Of a DNA stretch of 64,000 nucleotides, positions 26,294 through 37,225 are shown one piece after another. Both the position numbers and the translations under genes were made by a program. Numbering within the stretch: the first letter of the stretch is position 1; each line of letters opens with the position of its first letter. Source of the DNA: Selaginella moellendorffii (taxonomy: Eukaryota > Plantae > Lycopodiophyta); NCBI RefSeq assembly GCF_000143415.4, contig NW_003314316.1:1262666-1326665 (forward strand), given 5' to 3'. The notes under the pieces are model-generated. The model had not been told where the DNA came from. It ran no database searches and saw only the letters and a list, made by a program, of their open reading frames with translations.

Positions 26294-28407
26294 ATGGCAG
26301 CAGCGACTTTGCTCGAGGCGATTCGAATCGCGGACAAGGTTGGCACAATATCCACTTCGAGCAAGGTCTGTAGAAACCAATGTAGGATCCTCATCGCGGC
26401 AGTCGGCTATGTCCGAGACTACCTCAGGCAAATCCAGGATCTCAACTTCGCGAGCAACGAGCCAGCCTTCGTGTGGGACGAAACCGTGGTTGTCCTTAAG
26501 AGAGGCATCCATCTCCTCAAGTCGTGCCAAGAAGGCAATTGGATTGCCCGGAGCCTGCTGTTCAAGGAAAGCTGCGATGAGTTCCAGAGCATTTATCCCG
26601 AGATCTTCAACTGCGTCGAGCTCGTCAGCGTCTATCTCTTTCAGCTGGCAGCGTCCACCTCGCACAGATCCAGGATTTCCCAGGCTTACAACTCGTGCCT
26701 CATGAGGCAGAACTCGAGCAGCATACTGGAAGAAGCCGGAAGGAACGATCAGAAGGAGCTCATGACTCTCGCAATGAGCCAAGAGCCGGGAAGCCTGACG
26801 ACCGAGAGCGAACGAGCCAAAGAGATACTCTGCTCCATGCTCCTGGGAAACAAGTCAGTGATTAACCACAAAGAACTCAAGCTGACAACACACCTGGGAC
26901 AAGGAGGTTTCGGAACCGTGTACGAAGCAATCTGGCTCGGTCACAAGTTTGCAGTGAAAGTCTTCCCTCAAGGTGACAAGAGCTTCGCCAAAGAGCTCGC
27001 GGTTCTTCAAGCGGACAAGCATCCCAACGTGTTGCACATCGCCAGCCAGTCTTTCGATGAAGAGAAGCAGCGGTACTCGCTGGTGATGGAGAAGATGGAC
27101 ATGGACCTGGAAAACTACGTCCTCAAGAAGAAGAAGTCTCTCCCGTTGCTGTCGATCATGGCAGTGATGCTCCAAGTTGCTACTGGCATGGCGTGGCTTC
27201 ACTCGAAGAATATAATCCACCGGGACCTCAAGCCGCAGAACATCTTGGTTGGCGAAGAAGACAACGATCTCGTGAGTATCAGGATTGCCGACTTTGGAGT
27301 CTCGAGGCCAAACTTCATCTCCTCCCAGATCGAAGCCGTTAGCATCCAAGGCACCAGGAACTTCATGGCACCGGAAGTGTGTAGCGGCGAGCGCTACACG
27401 AAAAAGGCCGACGTTTACAGCTACGGGATGTTGATTTACCAGCTTGTCACTGGAAACGTTCCGTTCGAGGACGGGATGGACATGGAGCAAGTCCTTCAAG
27501 GCGAGCGTCCTGAGATACCAGCCACCTGTCCGGAGTTCCTGTCGCAGCTCATGCGGGAATGCTGGAGCCACGATGCGAAAGAGAGGCCTTCCTTCTCGGA
27601 TATCTGCGAGCGGCTGAGGCAGCTCAAGACCAGGATCATCACTGGCATCGAGTCCATCGACGAGTTACGGGCCAAGTTGGTTGAAGTAGCCGGGTCGTCT
27701 TCTTCTTCTTCGTACTCGTCGTCTTCCTCATCCTTGTCGCACAGCAGGACTCGAGTGAACCTGGATTCTTTTGTCCAAGCGACTGAAGGGCTTTGGACCA
27801 AAAATCCTCCATCTCCCCTTGTACAGGTAAACTCTTTTGTTTTTAGTAACTTCCGGTGCTCATTGCGTTTAGTTTCAGCCGGTACCACACCGTCCTCAGC
27901 ACGTCGCACCAGTAGCAAAACCGGATAACAGGACCGAGCTCTTCGAAGTGGTGAAGAACGGCCTCGTCAAAAACGCCTTCGAGAAAGCTCTGTCCCTGAA
28001 CGATCCTTCCACGGTCTGGTGGCTTTGCACCAAGGTAATCCATTCACGTCCTCCAGCTGCTCATCAAAGCTTTGTCAGCTCAGGTGGAGCATACCGTCCT
28101 GCTCGTCTTCAGTGAATCAATGCTCATGGAACTGGCCGAGCAAATCAACACCAACTTCAAGGAAGACACTGCTCGCAGGTTGCTCTGGATCGACGAGATT
28201 GGCATCTTGCTGTTCAAGGACGTCAATGGACAGGCATGGTCATCACCTCGGATGCTGAGGATCCTGGAGCAGCTTTCACAGAACCTCCACGGCATGATGG
28301 CTATAACACCGCCAAAGAGCGAGCTGGGGATGAAGCTGGCGAACATGCTGGGCGGCACCAACGTGGGTCTCCAGGTTCGTATGAAGCTCTTCGTGTTATT
28401 CGTTTGA
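26294..28407 (+). CDS. MLKL/HeLo-like N-terminal domain - Ser/Thr kinase - EDC4/VARICOSE-C-like fusion protein, copy 1 (intact; exons 26294-27826, 27879-28034, 28084-28407; about 670 aa)
   Basis: Helical NTD (KVCRNQCRILIAAV...VLKRGIHLLKSCQEGNWIARSLLFKESCDEF). Kinase motifs GQGGFGTVY, FAVK, IIHRDLKPQNIL, IADFG, GTRNFMAPE and KADVYSYG. Ser-rich linker. Phase-0 GT-AG introns join DNRTELFEVVKNGLVKNAFEKALSLNDPSTVWWLCTK|VE...LMELAEQINTNFKEDTARRLLWI. Confidence 0.85.
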
Positions 28408-28664
28408 TTCAAATCGTTTGTCGTCGCAGCGTATCCGCGTTGCAGTTGACAACAAAGTTCAACACATGGGACTCCTCGGAGGATACTTTCCAGCGGAACA
28501 CCGGTAGTTTCGGAGTATTTCGATGTTCTAATTTCCTGCCTGCCAAAAGCATCAACCATGCTTCACGAAAGAACCATAAAGAACTTGCCAATTCCCGTTC
28601 TGAACTTTGAGTGAACGCCTATCATCGTTTCATCCTGCGACAAATATCCAAGAACAAAGCTCTC

Positions 28665-29257
28665 ACCATTCTTGAGTAGACGGTGAAGATCCCAACCTTT
28701 TCGATCTAGCAGCAGCAGTAGCAAGCAGCCTTGGCAGCTTCCGCAGCAGCGTAGACACCAGTAATTCTCGTCGCCACAGCATCGAGGATCATTGCTCTCC
28801 GCTCAAAGAACGACTTTGCCACTTTCAGCTTCTCGGATCCCCATAGGCTTGTAGACGATCCCGGCAGCTAGCCGCTGCTTCATGACCTTGGCTGGACGAA
28901 CGTAAGCATCGCCCAGCTTGGCCTTCAATCTCTTCAAGCGCTTTTGGGTACAGCAACCCACCTGAAAATCCGATCGTCCGCATGACCACCACCACCGCCT
29001 CCCGCTTTGTTGCGCTTGCCCGGATTCTTGGAGCCGGTGCTCTCGCCGTGCAAGGACGAGGAATTTGCTGGAGCCACACCAGCAAGCGCCTTGTCTTGCT
29101 CTTTGGTCCCTTCCTTCTCGGCGTGCTCGGACCAGAGATCACGCGATCCAATCGGGCCATAGGTGCGAACAATGCTGAGTACATCGGCAGATCCTTGGGT
29201 CTCTTCTTGGCGTAGAGGAAGGGATTGGAGATCGTGGATGTAGAGGCAAGAACACAA
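28665..29257 (-). pseudogene. Disrupted copy of a basic protein gene convergent with the kinase; weak resemblance to plant mitoribosomal mL80-type small proteins
   Basis: GC-rich coding-like DNA in shifting frames: LSIVRTYGPIGSRDLWSEHAEKEG..SKT RRLLVWL..., DRIFRWVAVP. Paralog at 47956-48504. Confidence 0.4.
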
Positions 29258-29319
29258 AAGGAACTAGAATCGAACTAGAATCGAGGCCATTTCTTATGGC
29301 TGATTAAAAGCCATTTCTT

Positions 29320-29504
29320 ATGGCTGATTAAAGTATAATTCCCACAAAAGAAAAGTCCACGGTAGACTTTTCCCACGCTGCAAAGCAATGGAGCGGCGCT
29401 ACTGGTGATCACCGACGAGCATGGCAGCAGCGACTTTGCTCGAGGCGATTCGAATCGCGGACAAGGTTGGCACAAGATCCACGAACACAAACTCGAGCAA
29501 GGTC
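29320..29504 (+). pseudogene. 5' fragment of the kinase fusion gene (upstream region + about 28 codons from ATG 29421), truncated at the duplication junction
   Basis: ATGGCAGCAGCGACTTTGCTCGAGGCGATTCGAATCGCGGACAAGG identical to 26294 onward, then an abrupt switch to VPS18 sequence. Confidence 0.85.
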
Positions 29505-29970
29505 ACCACTGCTGCTCCGGAGATTTGCTAGACAGTGCCTTCCACTGGGATCCAGGAAAACCTTACAAACGTATTGATCGGCTCCGCGGCTCAACGCCAA
29601 CTCTATCGGATCACGGGAGAAAAGCTCACAGTTTTCAGAAGAAACAAAGAAAGCGAGCGTGAATTTTTCTTTATTCTTTTGGAGACTCACCTGAGTTATC
29701 CCCGCCTCCAAATTCGTGATGAACAATCCAGCTGCTGCTAGTACTGACGAGCAGGACATTGTTTCCAGCGGCTACTGAGGTGACAAGCCCGTGACCTTTG
29801 GCGGCGTTTTGCTCCAGCACATCCAAGCTGAAGATCTTGCTCTCTGGCCTCGACAGTGAAATCGCCTGGAAATCCTGCGAGGAATTGGATCAGCGATCGA
29901 CGATTCAGCTCAATCTCACCTCGTTGAGCCCCGATTGAGCGGGCGAAGACGACGTCCATTCATCCAGCAT
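29505..29970 (-). pseudogene. Truncated duplicate of VPS18 5' exons
   Basis: Near-identical to 22338-22803, including introns and telo-box; ends in exon 3 after RHCLANLRSSSG. Confidence 0.9.
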
Positions 29971-31538
29971 TGCTGCCTAAACCCTAATCTCGCCCAGGTG
30001 TAAGAATTATGAACCTAATGTAAAAAGGTAAAGTAGATTTCGTTTGACCATATATATGGTAGTACTAAATTTGCTGTCACTTATTTTCTAGGATAAGTTT
30101 GAAAATTAATTAACTATAAAATGGTGCTAGATTATAAATTTAGATGTGATCATATGTTTAAAATAATTTCTATTAACAAATCTAAACACTTTCCTTAAAT
30201 AGCTAATAAGCCTAAAATTGACCAAATGTATCTTGGCAAATATAATAAATTATCACATAATGAATACTGAAAGGCTAAGCTTAATATCAAAGGGGTTCCT
30301 AATACTAGTAAATGTAATTTAATTATATAAATTTCATATTAAATATGCTTTATTAAATGATAATTTAAGATATCATTCTTTTGTGCCCTTCTAAATTATT
30401 GTATACTGACTAGTCTCTTAACTAGTTTGGGTGGAAACTCTAGCAATATTAACTTCCTACTATCATGGTAATAAAAGAAAAATATCTAGAAAGATTGATA
30501 GATAGATTTTGATACCTACAATAACATTTGCAATAATGATACACCTCAAATAACTTTTTACATAGATTAAGTTCATGTTAATCATGTTAACTCCTTCCAC
30601 TTTGTGCAAACATTTGTCCTTTAAGAAAATCTTTTTATTTCCTAGAATTAATCTCCTCCTCTTACCTTATATGAAAACACATTTTGGGCTTTCACCCAGT
30701 CTTAGGAGTTTCTCTCTAGGACAATCACAAAAATCTATTAAATATAAAATGATGTTAGAATGTGAATTTGGATATGGGAACAACACTATTATGTTTAAGT
30801 TAATTTTTAAATCTGTAAATATGCCCACTTAACAAATCTAATCTCTGTTCATAAATATCCAATAGGACCAAATGAGACCAACACATAAAGAATGATATCA
30901 AGAGTATCTTGATAAACACAGTAAACTATCACTTAGCAAATATGGAGGGACCAAGCTTGACATTATAAAAGTTCCCAATATTAGCAAGTGTAAGCCATCA
31001 CACTCTAGGAGGCAACAAAAGCTCACTAACAAGACTTAAGTTTGCCTTGGAATTTTTTATACAAAGCCAATAGCAATTTAGCCAACTTACCTCATGTCAA
31101 GGAGAACACCATATAAAGTTTGGTATGGCATTAAACTGGATGTGAGTCTTTGCAAGTGGTGTTCAGGAACCACAAGGTTCAAAGATGATCATTAGTTGTC
31201 ATCTTTAATGAGTCTAGGACATATACAACACAAGATCTTTAACCATTGAAACAGTTTTCCTTGACTGAAGTCATAAGGGACAATTAGGGCACATATAATA
31301 GTGTAGCTGGAGGTGAGGATGGTGACAATGAAGGGAATTTAGTAGGATAACAAGGATGATGCATCAAGTGGGGATGGTGTTGGAGACAGCAACAATAGTG
31401 GATCCAGTTGGAGTGCCAATATGGCAAATCTATTGGTTGGGACCTTGAGCTACTAACAAGGAGGAAAGTCATAAGAATGAAGTTCCCCTTGGAAAGCATC
31501 AAGGATATGATCTAGAGGCAGAAAAGGTAGTGCTAAAT

Positions 31539-34500
31539 TGTTAGGCGCCAACTTTGACCACGTGGTCAACGTTGGTCAAAGGGAGGCTTAAGGATATATT
31601 AAAGCATGTTAGGGTGAGGAACCTCAAGAGGTGGCGTAACATAGTCTAGGGTGATTAGATTTTTGTCTTTTTGTGCTGGATCATAACATTGGTATCAGAG
31701 AAGTTGGTTGCAATGGTCGACCAAGCTGAATGCTAGAATCCTATTGTCGATGGTGGTGCCGACGAAGCTGCAGAGATTTGGACCATTCAAGATGTGGTTC
31801 ACGAGCTGTGAGCCCTTAATTGAAATCAGCAAGAGATGCAAGATGAGATGCATGGCATGATGGATACCATGCGTGGGCGTGTTGAGGCACTCGAGGTTGG
31901 ACGGGGTAGCACTCCAAGTAAGCCTTCTTTGGTAGATCGACTCAAGATTCCAACCTTTTCTGGTGATGGTGGTGTGGACGAGTGTCTGGCTTGGCTAGCC
32001 AATGTGAATAAGTTCTTGGCTGCTAGGGGAACTCCAGATGTAGAGGCTTTAGTGGCTATTCCAATGGTTTTGCGTGATGTGGGTCTTCGATGGTGGAATT
32101 GGCTTGAGGAGTCTCGTGTTGCAGATAAGAAACCACCAGTGTCTACTATGGATGAGTTTGAGGTTGCTTTCCATTTACGTTTTGCCTCTCATTACAACAT
32201 GGAGAATGCTCGTACAGAACTTTAACATTTCCAGCAAGGGAAAATGACACTTGGGGACTATATTGAGAAGCTTACTTGCTTGATTAGTCATATTCCAACG
32301 AAGGATCCAGATCAAAACAAGTCTTACTTCATTGATGGCCTATATAGTGAGAACATGTGGCAACACTTGCATCATTTTCAGCCTACAAAGAGTTTGGAGG
32401 AGCTCTTTGATGGGGCTCGTCGACTTGACAATTACAAGCACAAGTCTTGCAAGCGTTCGTGGAGTCCTTCTATCGAGAATCATCGTGATGATCGCCATGG
32501 ACACGAGGATAGGAACAAGTATCACAAGTTGAAGTCAGTGGTGACTACTTCGGATGCAAAGGGGTCCAAGAAGCAGAAGTTCTTTGTGAAGAATTATAGA
32601 CAGGGTTGTCATCATTGCGGCGAACTTGGACACTACAAGGCTGATTGTCCACAGTTGAAGAACAAGCAATAGGACAAGAAGAATGCCCAATCTTCTTCTC
32701 ACCATAAGTTAGATACTAAAAAGTTACAAACTTTGCAGCGTGAGGATGACGAGAATGACCATTCCGGTTAGAGGAAGAGACTTTCGATTGTTGCTCATCA
32801 GCTCAACTGTGTGTGGAACAAGATGGAGCTCGAGGATATGCGTGAATCAGCTTTAATGCTGGAGGGCGTGTTCCATGGCGATCCAGTGTGAATTTTACTG
32901 GATAGTGGGAGCGATGACAACTTTGTTTCGGCAAAGTTTGTTGCGGAGCATGGCCTGGTCACATGTGGAGTTCTTCCATACGCAGTGGAAGGTGCAGCTA
33001 CCTCTGCTCAACATTTTGATGTTTGTGTCGAGGGGTTGGAAGTGTTGGTTGGCAAAATCACACTTGTGGAGACTTTTTATTTCGCGGATATCCATCGTGT
33101 GGATCTCATTCTTGGGATGCCATGGTTGGTGAAGGTGGATCCAGAGATAAAGTGGAGCATTAAGTGTATCTTGCTGAAGTATGGTGGCGTTAAAGATGTG
33201 TGGTTTGGCGAGGGCGTTCAACCATCAGTTGTTATACTCTCTACTACATCTTTGAAGCAGGTTTGTCATAATGAAAAGCACTTTCGAGTTACTTATTGTT
33301 TGTTCGTGACTTGGGGGCCTAAGGCACATGTGGGGAAGAAGCAGCAATATGGGACGTACTTGATGAGTTTTTTGATGTTTTTCCATTTGAACTTCCCCAT
33401 GGGTTGCCTCCGTTACAAGGTGTGGAGCATGGGATTACATTGGAGCCGGGGACGTGGCCAATTTACCGGCGTTCATTTCGGTTAAGTTATGCAGAGGAGC
33501 AAGAAGTTCAACAACAACTCAAGGAATTACTTGGGTTTGGATTTATTCAGCCAAGTAAGTCCCCGTTTGGTGCTCCGGTCTTGTTTGTGAAGAAGAAGGA
33601 CAATTCAATGCTAATGTGTATTAACTACCACGCTTTGAACAAGAAGACAATAAAGGATAAGATGCCAATGCCACGTGTGGATGATATCCTAGACAAGCTT
33701 GGTGAAGCACGAGTGTTTACCAAGATTAATCTGAGGAGTGGATATTATCAGATTGCAATGGATGATGCATCTATCTCCAAGACGGCATTCAACACAAACT
33801 TCGGACATTTTGAGTTTACAGTTATGCTGTTTGGTTTAATGAATGCACTGGCCACATTTACTCGATTGATGACGGAGGTATTTGGGCGTTATCTTCATGA
33901 GTTTGTGGAGATTTTCTTGGACAATACTCTTGTTTTAGCAAGAATATGGAGGAGCATAAGGTGCATTTGAGCAAGGTTCTTTTGTTACTCCGAGACAGCA
34001 AACTTTATACGAAGAAGAGCAAATATGAATTTGCAAAGTTGAAGGTGGAATATCTAGGCCATATTGTGACATCTAAGGGTGTCAAGACGGATCCAAGGAA
34101 GGTGGCTGTGGTGGAAAACTGGCCTACACCGACTACAGTGGCCGAGTTATGCAGTTTTCTTGGTATGGCTAGTTACTACCGACGTTTCCAGCATAAGTTT
34201 GCCAAGGTGGCTATTCCTTTAACGCGGTTGTTACGCAAGAATGTGCCATTCGAGTGGAAGCAGCCACAAGACGAGAGTTTTGTGTCGCTGAAACGATTGT
34301 TGAGCGAGACTCCAGTGCTTTGGATTGCTGATCCATCGAAACCTTACGAGGTGACATGCGATGTGAGTGGTTATGCACTGGGAGGAGTTCTCATGCAAGA
34401 AGGACAGCCTATTGCATATGAGAGTCGAACTTTGAATTTCGCGGAGCAATGTTATTCCACATATAAGCAAGAGTTACTCTCTATTGTTCATGCTTTGCGG

Positions 34501-36340
34501 ACGTGGCGGCACTATCTTTATGGTGCAGTGTTCGTGGTATTGACAAATCACAAACCAGTTGTGTATCTTTTCACACAGAAGGAGTTGAACACTAGGCAAG
34601 CTCGTTGGATGGTCAAACTCATAGAGTTTGGGAAGTTTCCTATTGAGCATCGTCCGGGAAAATCAAATGTGGTGGCTGATGCTTTATCTCTTGTTCGTCA
34701 TGTGACAACGTTACAAACATGATTTTGTCATCATTTGAGTAAAGTGGTCAGCGAGTTTGGGCAGTTGGTTGAGCATGCTCAGGCTCAGGATGCTAAGATG
34801 GCCTCTTTGTGAGACCAGATGGAAGCCCTTTTCTCCTTGGTGGATGGGATTCTCTACTACAATAGCTGTGTATATTTGCCACGGGTGGATGCATTACTTA
34901 CTCAAGTTTTATTTCACTATCATGATCGTCTAGAGGCCGGTCATTTTGGGGGGAAGAAGACATATGAGTTGATTAAGCGCAACTTTTATTGGAGGAATAT
35001 GAAGGCTGATATCCTCAAGTATTGTAAATCATGCGAGCTTTGTCAGCGGGTTAAGGTGCCATAGGAGAAGCCAGGGGACTTTTGCAACTTTTACCTATTC
35101 CTCAGAGCCATTGGTGTAGTTATCTCTATGGGTTGTTTGCCACGAACACAAAGGCAAAAGGAGCAAGTATGGGTCATAGTGGATCGGTTGACGAAGTATG
35201 TGTAGTTGTTGGCTCTTAGGAAGACTCACTGGCTCAAACTTGGCTGCGGTTTACTTGGAGAAGGTTTTTCTTGATTTTGGTTTGCCAGAGGACATCATTA
35301 GTGATTGAGATTCAAAGTTCACTAGTGGATTTTGGAAAAGCTTTGCAAAGGCTATGCGAGTGACTTTGAAACTCTCGAGTGGAGATCATCCTCAGACGGA
35401 TGGGCAAACCAAGTGTATGAATCAGGTGGTGGATATGCTACGTTGTAGCATTGGTCAAAGGCAAGGACAGTGGGATCCATATCTTCCGTTGGTGCAATTT
35501 GCTTACAACAATAGCCAACACAATGGAACCAAGCTAAATCCTTACTTTGCCATGTTTGGAAGGCATCCTTGAACAACAGTGGAGTTGGGATTGCATTTGA
35601 GTAAGGACGTTCAACTTAAGCTTGATTCCGAAGCGATTGATTTGGCCACAGAACTTGATGAGATTCTGGTGGTGTGCAAACAGAATTTGCAAGCAGCTCA
35701 GGATAGAGTAGAGAAGTTTGCCAATAAGCATCGCCAATTCTGGGAATATAAGGTCGATGATCTCGTCTTTGTGCGAGTGATCTTTCCGTCAAGTGAGCGG
35801 CAGAACACCTTGGTGCCTTTACGGACAGGGAAGAGTGATAAACTTTCTTATTGATATGCTGGTCCATATAAAGTGTTGGAGCACATTGGTAAAGCGGCTT
35901 ATCGGGTGTGGCTGCTAGCTAGGGTGAAAATTCATCTGGTATTTTATGTCAGCCAGTTGAAAGGTGTACTATCTCGGAGTGACAGGCCTAATGCCTCCTT
36001 GATGTATACGGCTGTGGAAGATGGCCCAAGAGCTTGAGTAGGGTTCCCTAGAAAGGGTGATCACCAGTCCTTGGGACAAGGACTTTGTTGGGGGGGAATT
36101 GTTAGGTGCCAACTTTGACCACATGGTCAACGTCGGTCAAAAGGAGGCTCAAGGATAAATTAAGGCATGTTAGGGTGAAGAACCTCAAGAGGTGGCATGC
36201 CAACTTTGACCACGTGGTCAACACCGGTTAAAGGGAGGCTCAAGGATATATTAAGGCATGTTAGGGTGAGGAACCTCAAGAGGTGGCATAGCATAGTCTA
36301 GGGTGACATGATCTCTGTCTTTTTGTACCGGATCATAACA
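31539..36340 (+). mobile_element. Ty3/Gypsy LTR retrotransposon (element G1), full-length but decayed
   Basis: TG...CA LTRs 31539-31688 and 36100-36340, TSD TAAAT, PBS tggtatcagag 31690, PPT ggggggaat. Gag (31836-32672, zinc knuckle CHHCGELGHYKADC), protease LLDSGSD, RT, RNase H and integrase with stops and frameshifts. Empty site at about 24200. Confidence 0.95.
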
Positions 36341-37225
36341 TAAATAGGATTCCATACAGGTAGATGGTGGGTGGCCTATTTTATTTCATAGGGAGTATTC
36401 CTAGCAAATCTTGACTTTCCATATCAAGGTGCTTGAAGGGAATAACAAATTATGTTTTGTGTTACACAAGATAAAAGCAATTTCAACTCAAGCTACTAGG
36501 ATAACTCAAATGTGGATTGAGTAGGAGAAATTGATAAGCAACTTCTAGATATGTCTTCAGTTTGGGCAATGCAATAGTCATATGGGGTAGCCTAGGGATG
36601 ACACAAGTAACCAACGAGATCCTTTGACTCAAAACTTTGCTCCACTACTTGAACTGCAAGCAGGGAGAGGCAAATATTCTTAATTGTGACAATCAAGGAA
36701 CCATTGTGTTGCCTACAAGTTCATGGGTTCATAGCAAGACAAAGTATATCTAGCAAAAATGGTGGACATATTCATGAAGCAATGTTTGCACAACACACAC
36801 AAGCTCTTGGGGTGCAGACAGCTTAGCTTAAGTGGGAATATTAAGGGATTGTTCCAACTTCCCTCAAGACAAGTTGACTCTAGCACTATCTCAAGAGCTC
36901 TGTGTGGGAGGGATCTTGGAGATAAGCTGCTCATCCATGGCTTTGAAAGATGCCCTATTGAGCTTGGGGAAAGTATAACAATGAGATAATTGTTGCAATC
37001 TTTGTAATGGCTTGTGAATCAAAAGATGCTAGATTTTTTATGATCTTGCATGACAGATTAGTGTCCGAGACCTTAGAGAAGTCGAAACCTCTTGCAATTT
37101 GGGCAAACACTCCAGATTTCCTAAGACCCATTTTGTATATCCAAGGTGAGCACTATGTAGACCAGCAACAAAAGAAGCAGTGAACATCTTCTTGAGATAT
37201 TGTACTTACTATATTTAAGTATTAA

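Larger units (their letters stand above)
22338..29504. repeat. Segmental duplication unit A (VPS18 5' end, upstream region, Copia remnant, kinase gene, antisense neighbour gene)
   Basis: Colinear diverged copy begins at 29505 and continues, interrupted by TEs, to about 61,000. TE-empty sites lie in this unit (24200 for Gypsy-1, 26179 for Harbinger, about 29200 for Copia). Confidence 0.85.

Noticed and set aside
26282-27918. Long minus-strand ORFs over the kinase copies (also 45520-47208, 62409-63904) and over the PPR gene
   Set aside because: Antisense shadows of GC-rich coding sequence, conserved only because the sense gene is duplicated
27827-27928. ORF-track C-terminus of the kinase (VNSFVFSNFRCS...) and the 480-aa extension in copy 2
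   Set aside because: Read-through into intron 1 (CAG|GTAAAC donor conserved in three copies); the true C-terminus comes from the spliced exons
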